Below, in pieces: positions 1-14,864 of a stretch of DNA of 64,000 bases; position 1 is the stretch's first letter; every line of letters starts with the position of its first letter. A program made the position numbers and the translations under genes. This DNA comes from Glycera tridactyla. Taxonomy: Eukaryota. The notes below the pieces were generated by a model that worked only from the letters and a program-made list of their open reading frames with translations, was not told the origin of the DNA and did no database searches. Location: the NCBI GenBank assembly GCA_965644265.1, contig OZ286468.1:76074001-76138000 (forward strand), given 5' to 3'.

Positions 1-266
1 TCAGCTGATGTGGACTATCCGAAGCCCAAAGATTATTTGCCGGGTGTGTTGACCCTCACTGATTCAATTTGGCGTGACTTTTGTCTGCTGTGTTGATATA
101 GTGCATGTTAGAAATAAGATCTTGAATATGAGAAGAGTCATGGACCACCACCTTCTATTGGTGATCCAATGGTCATAAATAATACCAGCCATCTCAATAT
201 AGCCCACTGGTGCTGGTGAAATGATGAAACAACCGTCCCCATTCAGATAGTGATTGTGCACGCATG

Positions 267-267
<1 letters not shown>

Positions 268-298
<31 letters not shown>

Positions 299-303
299 CA
301 CAC
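268..303. repeat. (CA)n microsatellite. Others: (TCA/TCG)n ~1112-1170, (GTT/GGT)n ~5010-5090 and ~21045-21110, (CT)n ~26545-26622, (TG)n ~36343-36361
   Basis: Read directly from the sequence. Confidence 0.95.
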
Positions 304-2274
304 ATGCGCATGCATACACCTCCCCTTGCAATCAGATTTGACCCAGGATACAGATCAGAGCAGCTGACCACAGTGCAGGTCAGATTATGTGTAGTAGGGG
401 TACACAGATGCACCCTGTTACCATGGAAGCATACACCTCCCTCTCACTCCCCTCCCTGTATCAACACTCACTAGTGAGACTGAGGGATATTTGTGGAATG
501 GCAGGAGGGTGTTTTGCTTAAGATGCTCAGAATCCTAGCACAGAACGGGAAGGATAGCTAATGCCTTTTCTTGTAGAAATTGATGATGCTGATGCAGTTG
601 CCATGCTTTTCCAATGTAGTAGGAGGGTGGGTGGAGCCTGTTTACCCTGGTAGCCTCGTTCTGGGAACGGAATGTGAAATGGAATTTGAGAGTCGTGTAT
701 TAGACATGGATTGATGCATTGAGAATGTTGACATAATGATAGCAACGTCAGAGGGGAGGAATTCTGAGGGCATTTCTCAAACATATGAATTACCAAGATA
801 CATTCGGAAGATGATTGATCAGATTTGGCTGTATTCCTCCCTCTTGGGAGCCCTGGCTACTGCAACTCTATATAGAATTCGGATTGTGAGTCATTCAAGC
901 TTCCTGAATGTCATGCCCATCTGCCAACAGTTCCGGGAATCGATATGTCCTTAACGCCCACCTCCTGGAGATGTGTATTCTCCTATCGTGTAATGTGAGA
1001 CTCCTCATATCGATGGTGTACTCTGTACCAGGGGACCAAGTAGCAGTTCTTGGTCATAACAACAAAAATCGCCAGTCTTTGAGGATATCCACACAGAGAA
1101 GACGTGAGTATGTATCATCATCATCATCGTCGTCATCATCGTCGTCGTTGTTGTCGTCGTTGTCGTCGTCACAACTCATATCCAAGGATACACTCGGAAT
1201 TCATGGATTGACTGCAAAGAACAACAATGCATGGACACATATACATGACAATGAGAAAAATCGGTTGGAAAATGGAGAGAGATTGTTGTATATAGTTTTG
1301 TAGAAAAGAGTAGGTAAAGATTTTCGTAAAAGTGAATGAATATGTAGGAATATGCTCCTAATTACTGTCAAGATTGTAGTACCCAGTTGACCATTGGATA
1401 GCGAAACGAGTCAGTGAAAATGTGAATGCAGCACAATTATTGATGATATACACTCATGTTTACACGAAGGGAATTAGTACATGTAAGTTAGACATTGGAA
1501 GCAATTGAGAAATCATTGGGAATTCGATTTCATAACTGATAGTACATGTCAGGTATTCATGCATGCATGCTATTGAAGCCGGGCTTGTTGAAGGATTGTA
1601 TGCACGTATTTATGTATATTTCTTTATTTCAATTCGTCGATTACAATTACCGCGTAGTGAGGCGTATCCAGTTTGACGCATTACAGACAAGTACAATTCA
1701 AGAAAATCATGTAAACGAATTAGAAAAATGAAAATGAGTGACATTATGGTTGATACATCATAAACAAACATGAAGATTTCAACTGCCTATATTGATGAAC
1801 TTGTATGAGAATGAAAGTATGTCACATAATGGATGATACAAGGTATACAAACATGGAAATGGCAATCGCCTATATGGATGAAACTGCATTATAAACACAT
1901 TATATGGCTGTTATATTTAATAAAAAAAATGAATATAATCAGGAAACTTATCGCTCGTTTCTGACTTCTCATAAGTGTATCAGGAGTTGTTTACGTACTC
2001 TAAATCTTGATGAAGTTTTCCCTGAAGGTTTTATCATCTTTTGGTGAATTCGTTCGATGATCTGGTGGCCGGGTTCCTGAAAGAATGTCCTATCTGTTTG
2101 CTCCATGGTACATTCGTTTCCAAAAATGGTCGATCATTAGATCGTATATGATAGTTGTAACTTGGACTCGGTAATGTACAAAGATGTGTATATTGATCAT
2201 GTATATCATGCAGGAAGATTGAACTCTCTTATTCTAATATCCAGGCACGGACTCGAGAAATATCGGCAATCTAC

Positions 2275-5200
2275 ATGATGGCAACAAAATGCCAGTGCAT
2301 GGCTCTAGTATTTATCACCGTTGCACAAATTGGACTGACTTCAAATCAAGCTGAAGTGACCTCATCCCTGGATCAACGCGTGACTCAACTGGAAGAACAA
2401 TCTGCATGTCTCCAGGGCCTGGTAGAGCAACTGATATATGCAGCCCGAGTTCAGAATCGCCCTCAAGGTAGGAAATAGGGGATATAGGCCAACTGCTTAC
2501 ACAGACATGCAGTTCAGTCAAAAATATACCGACATATTACAAGAAATAGGGAAGAGTAGATTAGAGCATGTCACTGCATGAGGGAACAAGCGAGTGTGAA
2601 GTAGTACTGGGAAAGGAAACAGGGGATGTGCCCCATACCATCTTCTCATCCAGATAGAGTCTGTCGAGCTCAATCATGGTGGGTACGTTTTTCGCCCTAG
2701 CATCGCGAATTTGCATCAGATTGAAATGAAACTTGCAGACAGACATTGTGGACATCATCTCCGACGATTAGCAATGTGATCATGCCGAGTTTTCCTTGTA
2801 TATTTTACCTTACAGCGCAAAATATGACGATTTCACGCTGGTTTCGCGGCAGGTGCGGCGGCCGTATCTACGTTGTAAACATAGGGAAGACCGGGCGATA
2901 ATGCCTGTGGATTCGCCGAATAAATGCAATGAAATGATGGCGTAATCCTCTCCAAAAGTCCCTGACACCTGATTCGATGATTGTCGGAAGACCACTTCAA
3001 TACATCCGTGCCATTAAAACTGAAATCGGGCAAGAATTGGCGAAGTTAGCGTCTGAAACGTACCCGCCAAATTTGGATTTGACAGACTTTAGCTGCAAAA
3101 GCATCAGGTCAGGAATGTGATCTGTGAGTGAAGCATAACAAGTCCAACTTATTTTACTATGGCATCCTGTCCCCATTTTTACGGCATATTTTGGTAATGA
3201 GTTCATACACATTGCCCGATAATTATCAGTTTCCCATGGGTGTGTTATATGTAGACATCACCAACTAAAAACACTGTATCACCGATAGTTCATCATGCTA
3301 ACTAGAAATGAAAGTGCTATCAGAAGCTAATTGCATTTATCTTTTCACATGCCATTTGTTCATTTTTATTTGTGTTTGGCGTATAAAAAAAATACAAAAT
3401 GATATTGGATCCGAGTAAATATGATTTGCATATCTGCATATGGGCATCTGCACGATCACCGTAGGGAATACCAAAAGTCCAGTGGAAGACCAATACTCGG
3501 GAGCAAAAGATCTGCACTCTTTTCAATGTCATATTCATTTGACACTCAGTGTGGGATGAAGCCACTCTCTTGGGGTTATTTTGATTCTCCATACATTAGT
3601 ATTAGCTTTTGCAACAATTCATTCCTGTGACAAGATGGATGCAGGCGTAAGGAATGTTGAAACGCCCAGTATCAGGTTCACTATAGATATTAAGGGATAT
3701 GGACTGCACACATCATCTGCGCCTCCTGGCAGCCCCTGCTATGAGAGCCTCTGGTTTGGCCCTGGCAACAAGGGCTAATAGTTGGAACAGAGCGGCGAGC
3801 ATATATAGTTTGCCCCTCCAATGAGAGCGCATAGTCAAGTCCCTGAAACAATAACATATAGATTTGTCATTGCAATAAAAGCAACATGAACATATATTTC
3901 CACCCCACACCAAGAACACATAGTTCCGTCCCGACAACAAGACATAAAGTTCAGTCCCCGCAACAAGAACATATAGTGCAGTGGCTGTAACAAGAACATA
4001 TGGTTCCGTCTCCACATCAAGAACATATAGCGCAGTCCCTGCAAAAATCACATATAGTCCAATCCCTAGAACAATAGCATGAAGTGCAACAAGAACATAA
4101 AGTTCAGTCCCTGCAACAGGAATGTATAGTCCAGTCCCTGCAAAAATGACATAAAGTTCAGTCCCTGCAACAGGAATGTATAGTCCAGTCCCTGCAAAAA
4201 TGACATGAAGCTCAGTCCCCACAAGAAAAACATATTTTACAGTCCCTGCAACAAGATCCCATGGTTTAGCCCCTGCAACGAGAATATAAGGTTCTGCCCC
4301 TGCACTAAGAGTTCATCGCTCAGTCTCTGCGACAAGAACATATTGTTCAGTCCCTGCAATACAGACACATGGTCCTGCCTGCACAAAAAGCGCATATATT
4401 TCAGTCCCTTCATCAAAATTATATATCTCAGTCCCTGCAACAGGAATATGTAGTTTAGTCCCTGCAATAGGAACATATAGTTTCGTCTCTGAAACAAGAA
4501 CAACCATATCCATTCAAATGAATTAACCTTTAATTGGTATGTCTTGCTTCACAAATAAGGCTCAGAATCTCAGCTTACTTGATAGAGACTCTATTTGAGA
4601 CCCATGTTTGCAGATTGTCGCGATGTTCATAACCAAGGTGGAGAACAGGATGGAGTCTACATGATCTGGCCTGAGGAAGCAGATCATAGTCATCCTATCA
4701 CAGTCTTCTGTCATTTCGACTCCAATGGCCAGTGGATTATACTCCAAAATAGGATCAACGGTGATGTGGACTTTGCAAAATCCTGGGCAGAATATCGAGA
4801 TGGATTCGGCAAAATGGGCCTTTCTTCAGATTTCTGGTTAGTAGATCTGACTTGTCATCACTCAATTCCTTCATTAGATAACATAGGTAAACTCCAAATA
4901 TCTGCTACTGTACAGGTGTCAATAAAGTATCTATTATATTGACATGTAATTGTGTACACTAAAATAATGGGCCTTGGTGAGAAACCAAAAGATGGTTGTT
5001 ATTGATAGTAATGGTTGTTGTTGTTGTTGTGGTGGTGGTGATGGTGGTGGTGGTGGTGGTTGTGATAGTCGTGGTGATGACGGTCGTGTCAGGTGAGACG
5101 ATGTGAGTGGCAATGGTGATGATAGTGGTGGTGGGAGTGCTTATTGTGATTCGTGCTACTGCTGATGTTCAAGATGTTTGGTTGTTTGTTGGTGATTTGA

Positions 5201-6762
5201 CATCACGTCAGTGTCATAATTGCAATATTGTGACACCCGTGCAATGGTCATGGATGGGATCATTCATGACTCCTCCTTCTGGGTGCCTACTGGAATGTAA
5301 AAATTGTGGAATTCATCGACCCTCAAAGTGTAATATCTGGTGATATTGATAGTTATAACAGTGACGATGCTTGTATTCTTAGATTGTGGCATATGGATGT
5401 GCCTGCTCGTGTGGTTCATTCTGTATCAAGGCAAGTTAGGTATTCTGTAGTATTTCTCAAATGGAGTCCAGCCTCAATGTGGGATATTGAGCTTAATATC
5501 TCTCATTTATTGTACTCCTGCGAGAATTAAGTTCTCTTTCAAAATATGCATCATGTCCAGTTTTGATACAATAATTAGACTGAATGGAACACTTGTGAAC
5601 AAGAATAAGAACTAGAACAATGAGTAAAGCATGCTGTGATAAACAATGGCAGACACAATAGCTAACATCAACCACAGTAAAACCTGTCTTAAGTGAAAAG
5701 TCACGGGACCAAATTTTTCTTCCACTTAAGACAGGATTTTGCTTAGCGCAGGACAATTATAGTGAGAAAAAAACACCCGGGCAGACCGTGGGGTATGTGC
5801 TTAAGACAGGATTTTGCCTAGCACAGGTTTACACTCAAGCAGGTTTCACTGTATTTTGATGTGGAGTCAACACACCGACCATGCAACTGCATGATGATAA
5901 CATACTATGCAAGGCATGTGGTGGGTGCACCCAAAGTGTGAGTGGTGTTCGCAATGATGATCAGGGCTTCTGCTCAGGTGGGTGACCAAAATAGAATTCA
6001 CCATTCAATAATGGTTATGCACCATCATACAGTTCACCATCATACAATCTTCACTTCTCACTTAGGAGGCACCTCTGTGTGATGGTAACTGAGTGACCCT
6101 CTAATTTCTACCATACTTTGTTATGGGCAGTGATGGCAATTGTGAGTGCTCAGCACACGCGGGAGACTCTCTGCCATGGTTATATACTCCTCTGGAAGAA
6201 GGAAAAGGCTCAAGCTTGGGCAGAGTCTGGTGAAATTGTCAATTATACCAGACTGTAATCCACTACATTCACTTTTTCGCACAGTTTTTGCACCAACTCC
6301 TGCTTTGAAAGAGGCATATGCTGATTGAGATATCAAACATCTGGATTTTTCAGGCTTGGCTTGGAGAATATGCATCGCATCACCAGACAGCGGCAGTACA
6401 CTCTCCATATTGATCTTGTGTCATGGGATGGCACCCAGGCCTATGCGGAGTATTCCATCTTCTACATCGGTGATGAAGCAGCAAAATATGCTATCTTCTA
6501 CGAAGGCTTCAGTGGCAATGCCAGCGATAAGATGGGAACATTTCATCGAAATATGAAGTTCTCAACCAGTGATCAAGATAATGATTTATATGAAGATGGA
6601 AACTGCGCAATCGCACATGGTCCCTGGTGGTTGAATCATTGTGATACAGCCAATTTGAATGGTCCTTTTGGTAGGATGTCGGGCGACAGCAGTTTCGAAT
6701 GGGGCACCTTGACGCCCATCAAAGAATCAACAATGAAGATGAAGCCAACCATATTCATCTAA
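2275..6762 (+). CDS. Secreted fibrinogen-related domain (FReD; ficolin/tachylectin/angiopoietin-like) protein, copy 1. Exons 2275-2467, 4614-4836, 6354-6762; 274 aa
   Basis: Exon 1 has a signal-peptide-like stretch and a short coiled coil (LDQRVTQLEEQ), with donor CAAG|GTAGGA (phase 1). Exon 2 starts at TTTGCAG|AT (DCRDV...GVY...VFCHFD...GQWIILQNRINGDVDFAKSWAEYRDGFG) and ends TG|GTTAGT (phase 2). Exon 3 starts at TTTTTCAG|G, rebuilding FWLGLENMH, and continues ...MKFSTSDQDND...NCA...GPWW...C..ANLNG. All phases match. Confidence 0.9.
3830..4480. repeat. Degenerate ~27-30-bp minisatellite in FReD intron 1 (also ~11930-12585 and ~19970-20565)
   Basis: Repeated AGTTCAGTCCCTGCAACAAGAACATAT-like units; copy number differs in copy 3. 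Confidence 0.85.
5230..5340. repeat. Dispersed short repeat (also ~13335, ~21298, and a diverged copy at ~26195-26310)
   Basis: GTGAC(A/G)CCC(G/A)TGCAATGG...CTCCTTCTGGGT block, which also occurs outside the tandem array. Confidence 0.6.
5675..5851. mobile_element. Tc1/mariner(pogo)-type MITE in FReD intron 2 (second copy 13778-13954; absent from copy 3)
   Basis: Terminal inverted repeats CAGTAAAACCTG...CAGGTTTCACTG, TA on the right flank (CA on the left), and internal repeated CTTAAGACAGGATTTTGC. Confidence 0.65.
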
Positions 6763-8369
6763 AACCCAATCTTTTCAAGGCTTATCGAAAATAAATATCG
6801 AGCAACAACGAATTCGAATTGGGAATCTTGACTTTCATCAAAGAATCAACCATGAAGATGAAGCCATTCATATTTTCTGAACGATTTTGTTTAATGTTGA
6901 TCAGCAATCTGGTCGAGTTCATTGTCGATGGTGACCAATATGTGCTACTGACTGGCTATTGCGTGTATCATGGTTATTTTATGTCTGTATATTTGCTGTT
7001 CTCATGCAGCATAGTAAGCCTCATTCACTGCATGATATACGTGATTAGTTCTCACTGTCTATCACGTGTATCATGGTTATTTTATGTCTGTATATTTGCT
7101 GTTCCCATGCAGCATAGTAAGCCTCATTGATTGCATGATATACGTGATTAATGATCACGTATATTAATCGATCGTAGGATTTTTATTTTCATGTTTTGAT
7201 CATAGCAGTCTGTAGTGGACATCCCAAGTTCTTGCTCTCTCACTAGTTAAAGAAATACCTACATAAAAGAATGAAGTATTGAAATAGACATCCCCCCCCC
7301 CCCCCCCACAGTGAGAAAGGTTCAGCAGATGGAATCAATGTTTCAGCAAATGCATAATCACATGAGTTGAGTCGAAAGATTTGACCTTCATTCAATAACC
7401 TTTTGATCTTAATATTTTCTTCCCTTGACAATTCATAGAAAATCATGAAGCTTTGTAGAATGTGTGTGAATGAATATGCCCTGCTCAATGTAATCATTGT
7501 TGATCATTTGCTTCACTTTTTGTAGAAATGTGCTGGAAATACGAGTATAGATTTCATGATTCTTCATTCCTCAGGCTCTGATTCTGAGATAATTGGTAAT
7601 TTGCAAGAGGACGTACTTAACTTGCAGATCACAAATGAGCCCAATCTTTGTTGCTTGGTGTGTTGACATGCACTGCTTCTCTGAAAAATACAATTTTGAG
7701 TGGTTCTCATCACATACGAAAAATGATTTGTCAAAGATTGATCCATGATGGACATGGAGGTACTGGCTTTTGGAGAATATGCTTGCAGACTCTCTTATGT
7801 CATCATCGTCAAATCTGTTCTTCGTGAAAGTGCTAAGATTCGAGTGCTGTCATGAACATTTGATTAATATGAGATGAACTTCATGGTATCCTTATCCAAC
7901 CTCATGTGTTAACACAATTCCATCTATCATGCAAATTGAGCCAATGGCCAATTAAAGCAATTCAATCCACTGATCATCTCGTTTTTCTTCTTGGAGGCTT
8001 GATCCTTGTGTCTTCAGCCTCCAATTTCAAAATAATTATTAATTAGGAGGTGGAGAAGCTGTAGTCCATCTTGTATGCGTCAGCTGCGGGAGTTTGATAC
8101 CTATCAGCTGATGTGGACTATCCGAAGCCCAAAGATTATTTGCCGGGTGTGTTGACCCTCACTGATTCAATTTGGCGTGACTTTTGTCTGCTGTGTTGAT
8201 ATAGTGCATGTTAGAAATAAGATCTTGAATATGAGAAGAGTCATGGACCACCACCTTCTATTGGTGATCCAATGGTCATAAATAATACCAGCCATCTCAA
8301 TATAGCCCACTGGTGCTGGTGAAATGATGAAACAACCGTCCCCATTCAGATAGTGATTGTGCACGCATG

Positions 8370-8401
<32 letters not shown>

Positions 8402-10377
8402 CACACATGCGCATGCATACACCTCCCCTTGCAATCAGATTTGACCCAGGATACAGATCAGAGCAGCTGACCACAGTGCAGGTCAGATTATGTGTAGTAG
8501 GGGTACACAGATGCACCCTGTTACCATGGAAGCATACACCTCCCTCTCACTCCCCTCCCTGTATCAACACTCACTAGTGAGACTGAGGGATATTTGTGGA
8601 ATGGCAGGAGGGTGTTTTGCTTAAGATGCTCAGAATCCTAGCACAGAACGGGAAGGATAGCTAATGCCTTTTCTTGTAGAAATTGATGATGCTGATGCAG
8701 TTGCCATGCTTTTCCAATGTAGTAGGAGGGTGGGTGGAGCCTGTTTACCCTGGTAGCCTCGTTCTGGGAACGGAATGTGAAATGGAATTTGAGAGTCGTG
8801 TATTAGACATGGATTGATGCATTGAGAATGTTGACATAATGATAGCAACGTCAGAGGGGAGGAATTCTGAGGGCATTTCTCAAACATATAAATTACCAAG
8901 ATACATTCGGAAGATGATTGATCAGATTTGGCTGTATTCCTCCCTCTTGGGAGCCCTGGCTACTGCAACTCTATATAGAATTCGGATTGTGAGTCATTCA
9001 AGCTTCCTGAATGTCATGCCCATCTGCCAACAGTTCCGGGAATCGATATGTCCTTAACGCCCACCTCCTGGAGATGTGTATTCTCCTATCGTGTAATGTG
9101 AGACTCCTCATATCGATGGTGTACTCTGTACCAGGGGACCAAGTAGCAGTTCTTGGTCATAACAACAAAAATCGCCAGTCTTTGAGGATATCCACACAGA
9201 GAAGACGTGAGTATGTATCATCATCATCATCGTCGTCATCATCGTCGTCGTTGTTGTCGTCGTTGTCGTCGTCACAACTCATATCCAAGGATACACTCGG
9301 AATTCATGGATTGACTGCAAAGAACAACAATGCATGGACACATATACATGACAATGAGAAAAATCGGTTGGAAAATGGAGAGAGATTGTTGTATATAGTT
9401 TTGTAGAAAAGAGTAGGTAAAGATTTTCGTAAAAGTGAATGAATATGTAGGAATATGCTCCTAATTACTGTCAAGATTGTAGTACCCAGTTGACCATTGG
9501 ATAGCGAAACGAGTCAGTGAAAATGTGAATGCAGCACAATTATTGATGATATACACTCATGTTTACACGAAGGGAATTAGTACATGTAAGTTAGACATTG
9601 GAAGCAATTGAGAAATCATTGGGAATTCGATTTCATAACTGATAGTACATGTCAGGTATTCATGCATGCATGCTATTGGAGCCGGGCTTGTTGAAGGATT
9701 GTATGCACGTATTTATGTATATTTCTTTATTTCAATTCGTCGATTACAATTACCGCGTAGTGAGGCGTATCCAGTTTGACGCATTACAGACAAGTACAAT
9801 TCAAGAAAATCATGTAAACGAATTAGAAAAATGAAAATGAGTGACATTATGGTTGATACATCATAAACAAACATGAAGATTTCAACTGCCTATATTGATG
9901 AACTTGTATGAGAATGAAAGTATGTCACATAATGGATGATACAAGGTATACAAACATGGAAATGGCAATCGCCTATATGGATGAAACTGCATTATAAACA
10001 CATTATATGGCTGTTATATTTAATAAAAAAAATGAATATAATCAGGAAACTTATCGCTCGTTTCTGACTTCTCATAAGTGTATCAGGAGTTGTTTACGTA
10101 CTCTAAATCTTGATGAAGTTTTCCCTGAAGGTTTTATCATCTTTTGGTGAATTCGTTCGATGATCTGGTGGCCGGGTTCCTGAAAGAATGTCCTATCTGT
10201 TTGCTCCATGGTACATTCGTTTCCAAAAATGGTCGATCATTAGATCGTATATGATAGTTGTAACTTGGACTCGGTAATGTACAAAGATGTGTATATTGAT
10301 CATGTATATCATGCAGGAAGATTGAACTCTCTTATTCTAATATCCAGGCACGGACTCGAGAAATATCGGCAATCTAC

Positions 10378-13300
10378 ATGATGGCAACAAAATGCCAGTG
10401 CATGGCTCTAGTATTTATCACCGTTGCACAAATTGGACTGACTTCAAATCAAGCTGAAGTGACCTCATCCCTGGATCAACGCGTGACTCAACTGGAAGAA
10501 CAATCTGCATGTCTCCAGGGCCTGGTAGAGCAACTGATATATGCAGCCCGAGTTCAGAATCGCCCTCAAGGTAGGAAATAGGGGATATAGGCCAACTGCT
10601 TACACAGACATGCAGTTCAGTCAAAAATATACCGACATATTACAAGAAATAGGGAAGAGTAGATTAGAGCATGTCACTGCATGAGGGAACAAGCGAGTGT
10701 GAAGTAGTACTGGGAAAGGAAACAGGGGATGTGCCCCATACCATCTTCTCATCCAGATAGAGTCTGTCGAGCTCAATCATGGTGGGTACGTTTTTCGCCC
10801 TAGCATCGCGAATTTGCATCAGATTGAAATGAAACTTGCAGACAGACATTGTGGACATCATCTCCGACGATTAGCAATGTGATCATGCCGAGTTTTCCTT
10901 GTATATTTTACCTTACAGCGCAAAATATGACGATTTCACGCTGGTTTCGCGGCAGGTGCGGCGGCCGTATCTACGTTGTAAACATAGGGAAGACCGGGCG
11001 ATAATGCCTGTGGATTCGCCGAATAAATGCAATGAAATGATGGCGTAATCCTCTCCAAAAGTCCCTGACACCTGATTCGATGATTGTCGGAAGACCACTT
11101 CAATACATCCGTGCCATTAAAACTGAAATCGGGCAAGAATTGGCGAAGTTAGCGTCTGAAACGTACCCGCCAAATTTGGATTTGACAGACTTTAGCTGCA
11201 AAAGCATCAGGTCAGGAATGTGATCTGTGAGTGAAGCATAACAAGTCCAACTTATTTTACTATGGCATCCTGTCCCCATTTTTACGGCATATTTTGGTAA
11301 TGAGTTCATACACATTGCCCGATAATTATCAGTTTCCCATGGGTGTGTTATATGTAGACATCACCAACTAAAAACACTGTATCACCGATAGTTCATCATG
11401 CTAACTAGAAATGAAAGTGCTATCAGAAGCTAATTGCATTTATCTTTTCACATGCCATTTGTTCATTTTTATTTGTGTTTGGCGTATAAAAAAAATACAA
11501 AATGATATTGGATCCGAGTAAATATGATTTGCATATCTGCATATGGGCATCTGCACGATCACCGTAGGGAATACCAAAAGTCCAGTGGAAGACCAATACT
11601 CGGGAGCAAAAGATCTGCACTCTTTTCAATGTCATATTCATTTGACACTCAGTGTGGGATGAAGCCACTCTCTTGGGGTTATTTTGATTCTCCATACATT
11701 AGTATTAGCTTTTGCAACAATTCATTCCTGTGACAAGATGGATGCAGGCGTAAGGAATGTTGAAACGCCCAGTATCAGGTTCACTATAGATATTAAGGGA
11801 TATGGACTGCACACATCATCTGCGCCTCCTGGCAGCCCCTGCTATGAGAGCCTCTGGTTTGGCCCTGGCAACAAGGGCTAATAGTTGGAACAGAGCGGCG
11901 AGCATATATAGTTTGCCCCTCCAATGAGAGCGCATAGTCAAGTCCCTGAAACAATAACATATAGATTTGTCATTGCAATAAAAGCAACATGAACATATAT
12001 TTCCACCCCACACCAAGAACACATAGTTCCGTCCCGACAACAAGACATAAAGTTCAGTCCCCGCAACAAGAACATATAGTGCAGTGGCTGTAACAAGAAC
12101 ATATGGTTCCGTCTCCACATCAAGAACATATAGCGCAGTCCCTGCAAAAATCACATATAGTCCAATCCCTAGAACAATAGCATGAAGTGCAACAAGAACA
12201 TAAAGTTCAGTCCCTGCAACAGGAATGTATAGTCCAGTCCCTGCAAAAATGACATAAAGTTCAGTCCCTGCAACAGGAATGTATAGTCCAGTCCCTGCAA
12301 AAATGACATGAAGCTCAGTCCCCACAAGAAAAACATATTTTACAGTCCCTGCAACAAGATCCCATGGTTTAGCCCCTGCAACGAGAATATAAGGTTCTGC
12401 CCCTGCACTAAGAGTTCATCGCTCAGTCTCTGCGACAAGAACATATTGTTCAGTCCCTGCAATACAGACACATGGTCCTGCCTGCACAAAAAGCGCATAT
12501 ATTTCAGTCCCTTCATCAAAATTATATATCTCAGTCCCTGCAACAGGAATATGTAGTTTAGTCCCTGCAATAGGAACATATAGTTTCGTCTCTGAAACAA
12601 GAACAACCATATCCATTCAAATGAATTAACCTTTAATTGGTATGTCTTGCTTCACAAATAAGGCTCAGAATCTCAGCTTACTTGATAGAGACTCTATTTG
12701 AGACCCATGTTTGCAGATTGTCGCGATGTTCATAACCAAGGTGGAGAACAGGATGGAGTCTACATGATCTGGCCTGAGGAAGCAGATCATAGTCATCCTA
12801 TCACAGTCTTCTGTCATTTCGACTCCAATGGCCAGTGGATTATACTCCAAAATAGGATCAACGGTGATGTGGACTTTGCAAAATCCTGGGCAGAATATCG
12901 AGATGGATTCGGCAAAATGGGCCTTTCTTCAGATTTCTGGTTAGTAGATCTGACTTGTCATCACTCAATTCCTTCATTAGATAACATAGGTAAACTCCAA
13001 ATATCTGCTACTGTACAGGTGTCAATAAAGTATCTATTATATTGACATGTAATTGTGTACACTAAAATAATGGGCCTTGGTGAGAAACCAAAAGATGGTT
13101 GTTATTGATAGTAATGGTTGTTGTTGTTGTTGTGGTGGTGGTGATGGTGGTGGTGGTGGTGGTTGTGATAGTCGTGGTGATGACGGTCGTGTCAGGTGAG
13201 ACGATGTGAGTGGCAATGGTGATGATAGTGGTGGTGGGAGTGCTTATTGTGATTCGTGCTACTGCTGATGTTCAAGATGTTTGGTTGTTTGTTGGTGATT

Positions 13301-14864
13301 TGACATCACGTCAGTGTCATAATTGCAATATTGTGACACCCGTGCAATGGTCATGGATGGGATCATTCATGACTCCTCCTTCTGGGTGCCTACTGGAATG
13401 TAAAAATTGTGGAATTCATCGACCCTCAAAGTGTAATATCTGGTGATATTGATAGTTATAACAGTGACGATGCTTGTATTCTTAGATTGTGGCATATGGA
13501 TGTGCCTGCTCGTGTGGTTCATTCTGTATCAAGGCAAGTTAGGTATTCTGTAGTATTTCTCAAATGGAGTCCAGCCTCAATGTGGGATATTGAGCTTAAT
13601 ATCTCTCATTTATTGTACTCCTGCGAGAATTAAGTTCTCTTTCAAAATATGCATCATGTCCAGTTTTGATACAATAATTAGACTGAATGGAACACTTGTG
13701 AACAAGAATAAGAACTAGAACAATGAGTAAAGCATGCTGTGATAAACAATGGCAGACACAATAGCTAACATCAACCACAGTAAAACCTGTCTTAAGTGAA
13801 AAGTCACGGGACCAAATTTTTCTTCCACTTAAGACAGGATTTTGCTTAGCGCAGGACAATTATAGTGAGAAAAAAACACCCGGGCAGACCGTGGGGTATG
13901 TGCTTAAGACAGGATTTTGCCTAGCACAGGTTTACACTCAAGCAGGTTTCACTGTATTTTGATGTGGAGTCAACACACCGACCATGCAACTGCATGATGA
14001 TAACATACTATGCAAGGCATGTGGTGGGTGCACCCAAAGTGTGAGTGGTGTTCGCAATGATGATCAGGGCTTCTGCTCAGGTGGGTGACCAAAATAGAAT
14101 TCACCATTCAATAATGGTTATGCACCATCATACAGTTCACATCATACAATCTTCACTTCTCACTTAGGAGGCACCTCTGTGTGATGGTAACTGAGTGACC
14201 CTCTAATTTCTACCATACTTTGTTATGGGCAGTGATGGCAATTGTGAGTGCTCAGCACACGCGGGAGACTCTCTGCCATGGTTATATACTCCTCTGGAAG
14301 AAGGAAAAGGCTCAAGCTTGGGCAGAGTCTGGTGAAATTGTCAATTATACCAGACTGTAATCCACTACATTCACTTTTTCGCACAGTTTTTGCACCAACT
14401 CCTGCTTTGAAAGAGGCATATGCTGATTGAGATATCAAACATCTGGATTTTTCAGGCTTGGCTTGGAGAATATGCATCGCATCACCAGACAGCGGCAGTA
14501 CACTCTCCATATTGATCTTGTGTCATGGGATGGCACCCAGGCCTATGCGGAGTATTCCATCTTCTACATCGGTGATGAAGCAGCAAAATATGCTATCTTC
14601 TACGAAGGCTTCAGTGGCAATGCCAGCGATAAGATGGGAACATTTCATCGAAATATGAAGTTCTCAACCAGTGATCAAGATAATGATTTATATGAAGATG
14701 GAAACTGCGCAATCGCACATGGTCCCTGGTGGTTGAATCATTGTGATACAGCCAATTTGAATGGTCCTTTTGGTAGGATGTCGGGCGACAGCAGTTTCGA
14801 ATGGGGCACCTTGACGCCCATCAAAGAATCAACAATGAAGATGAAGCCAACCATATTCATCTAA
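10378..14864 (+). CDS. FReD protein, copy 2. Exons 10378-10570, 12717-12939, 14456-14864
   Basis: Same splice sites and the same translated exons as copy 1. Confidence 0.9.

Noticed and set aside
3830-4480. CRISPR-like array
   Set aside because: Repeats are contiguous and degenerate without unique spacers, lie in a eukaryotic intron, and have no cas genes nearby.
4837-4942. ORF-track extension of FReD exon 2 (WLVDLTCHH...)
   Set aside because: This is read-through into intron 2; the GTTAGT donor and phase match with exon 3 give the canonical FWLG motif.
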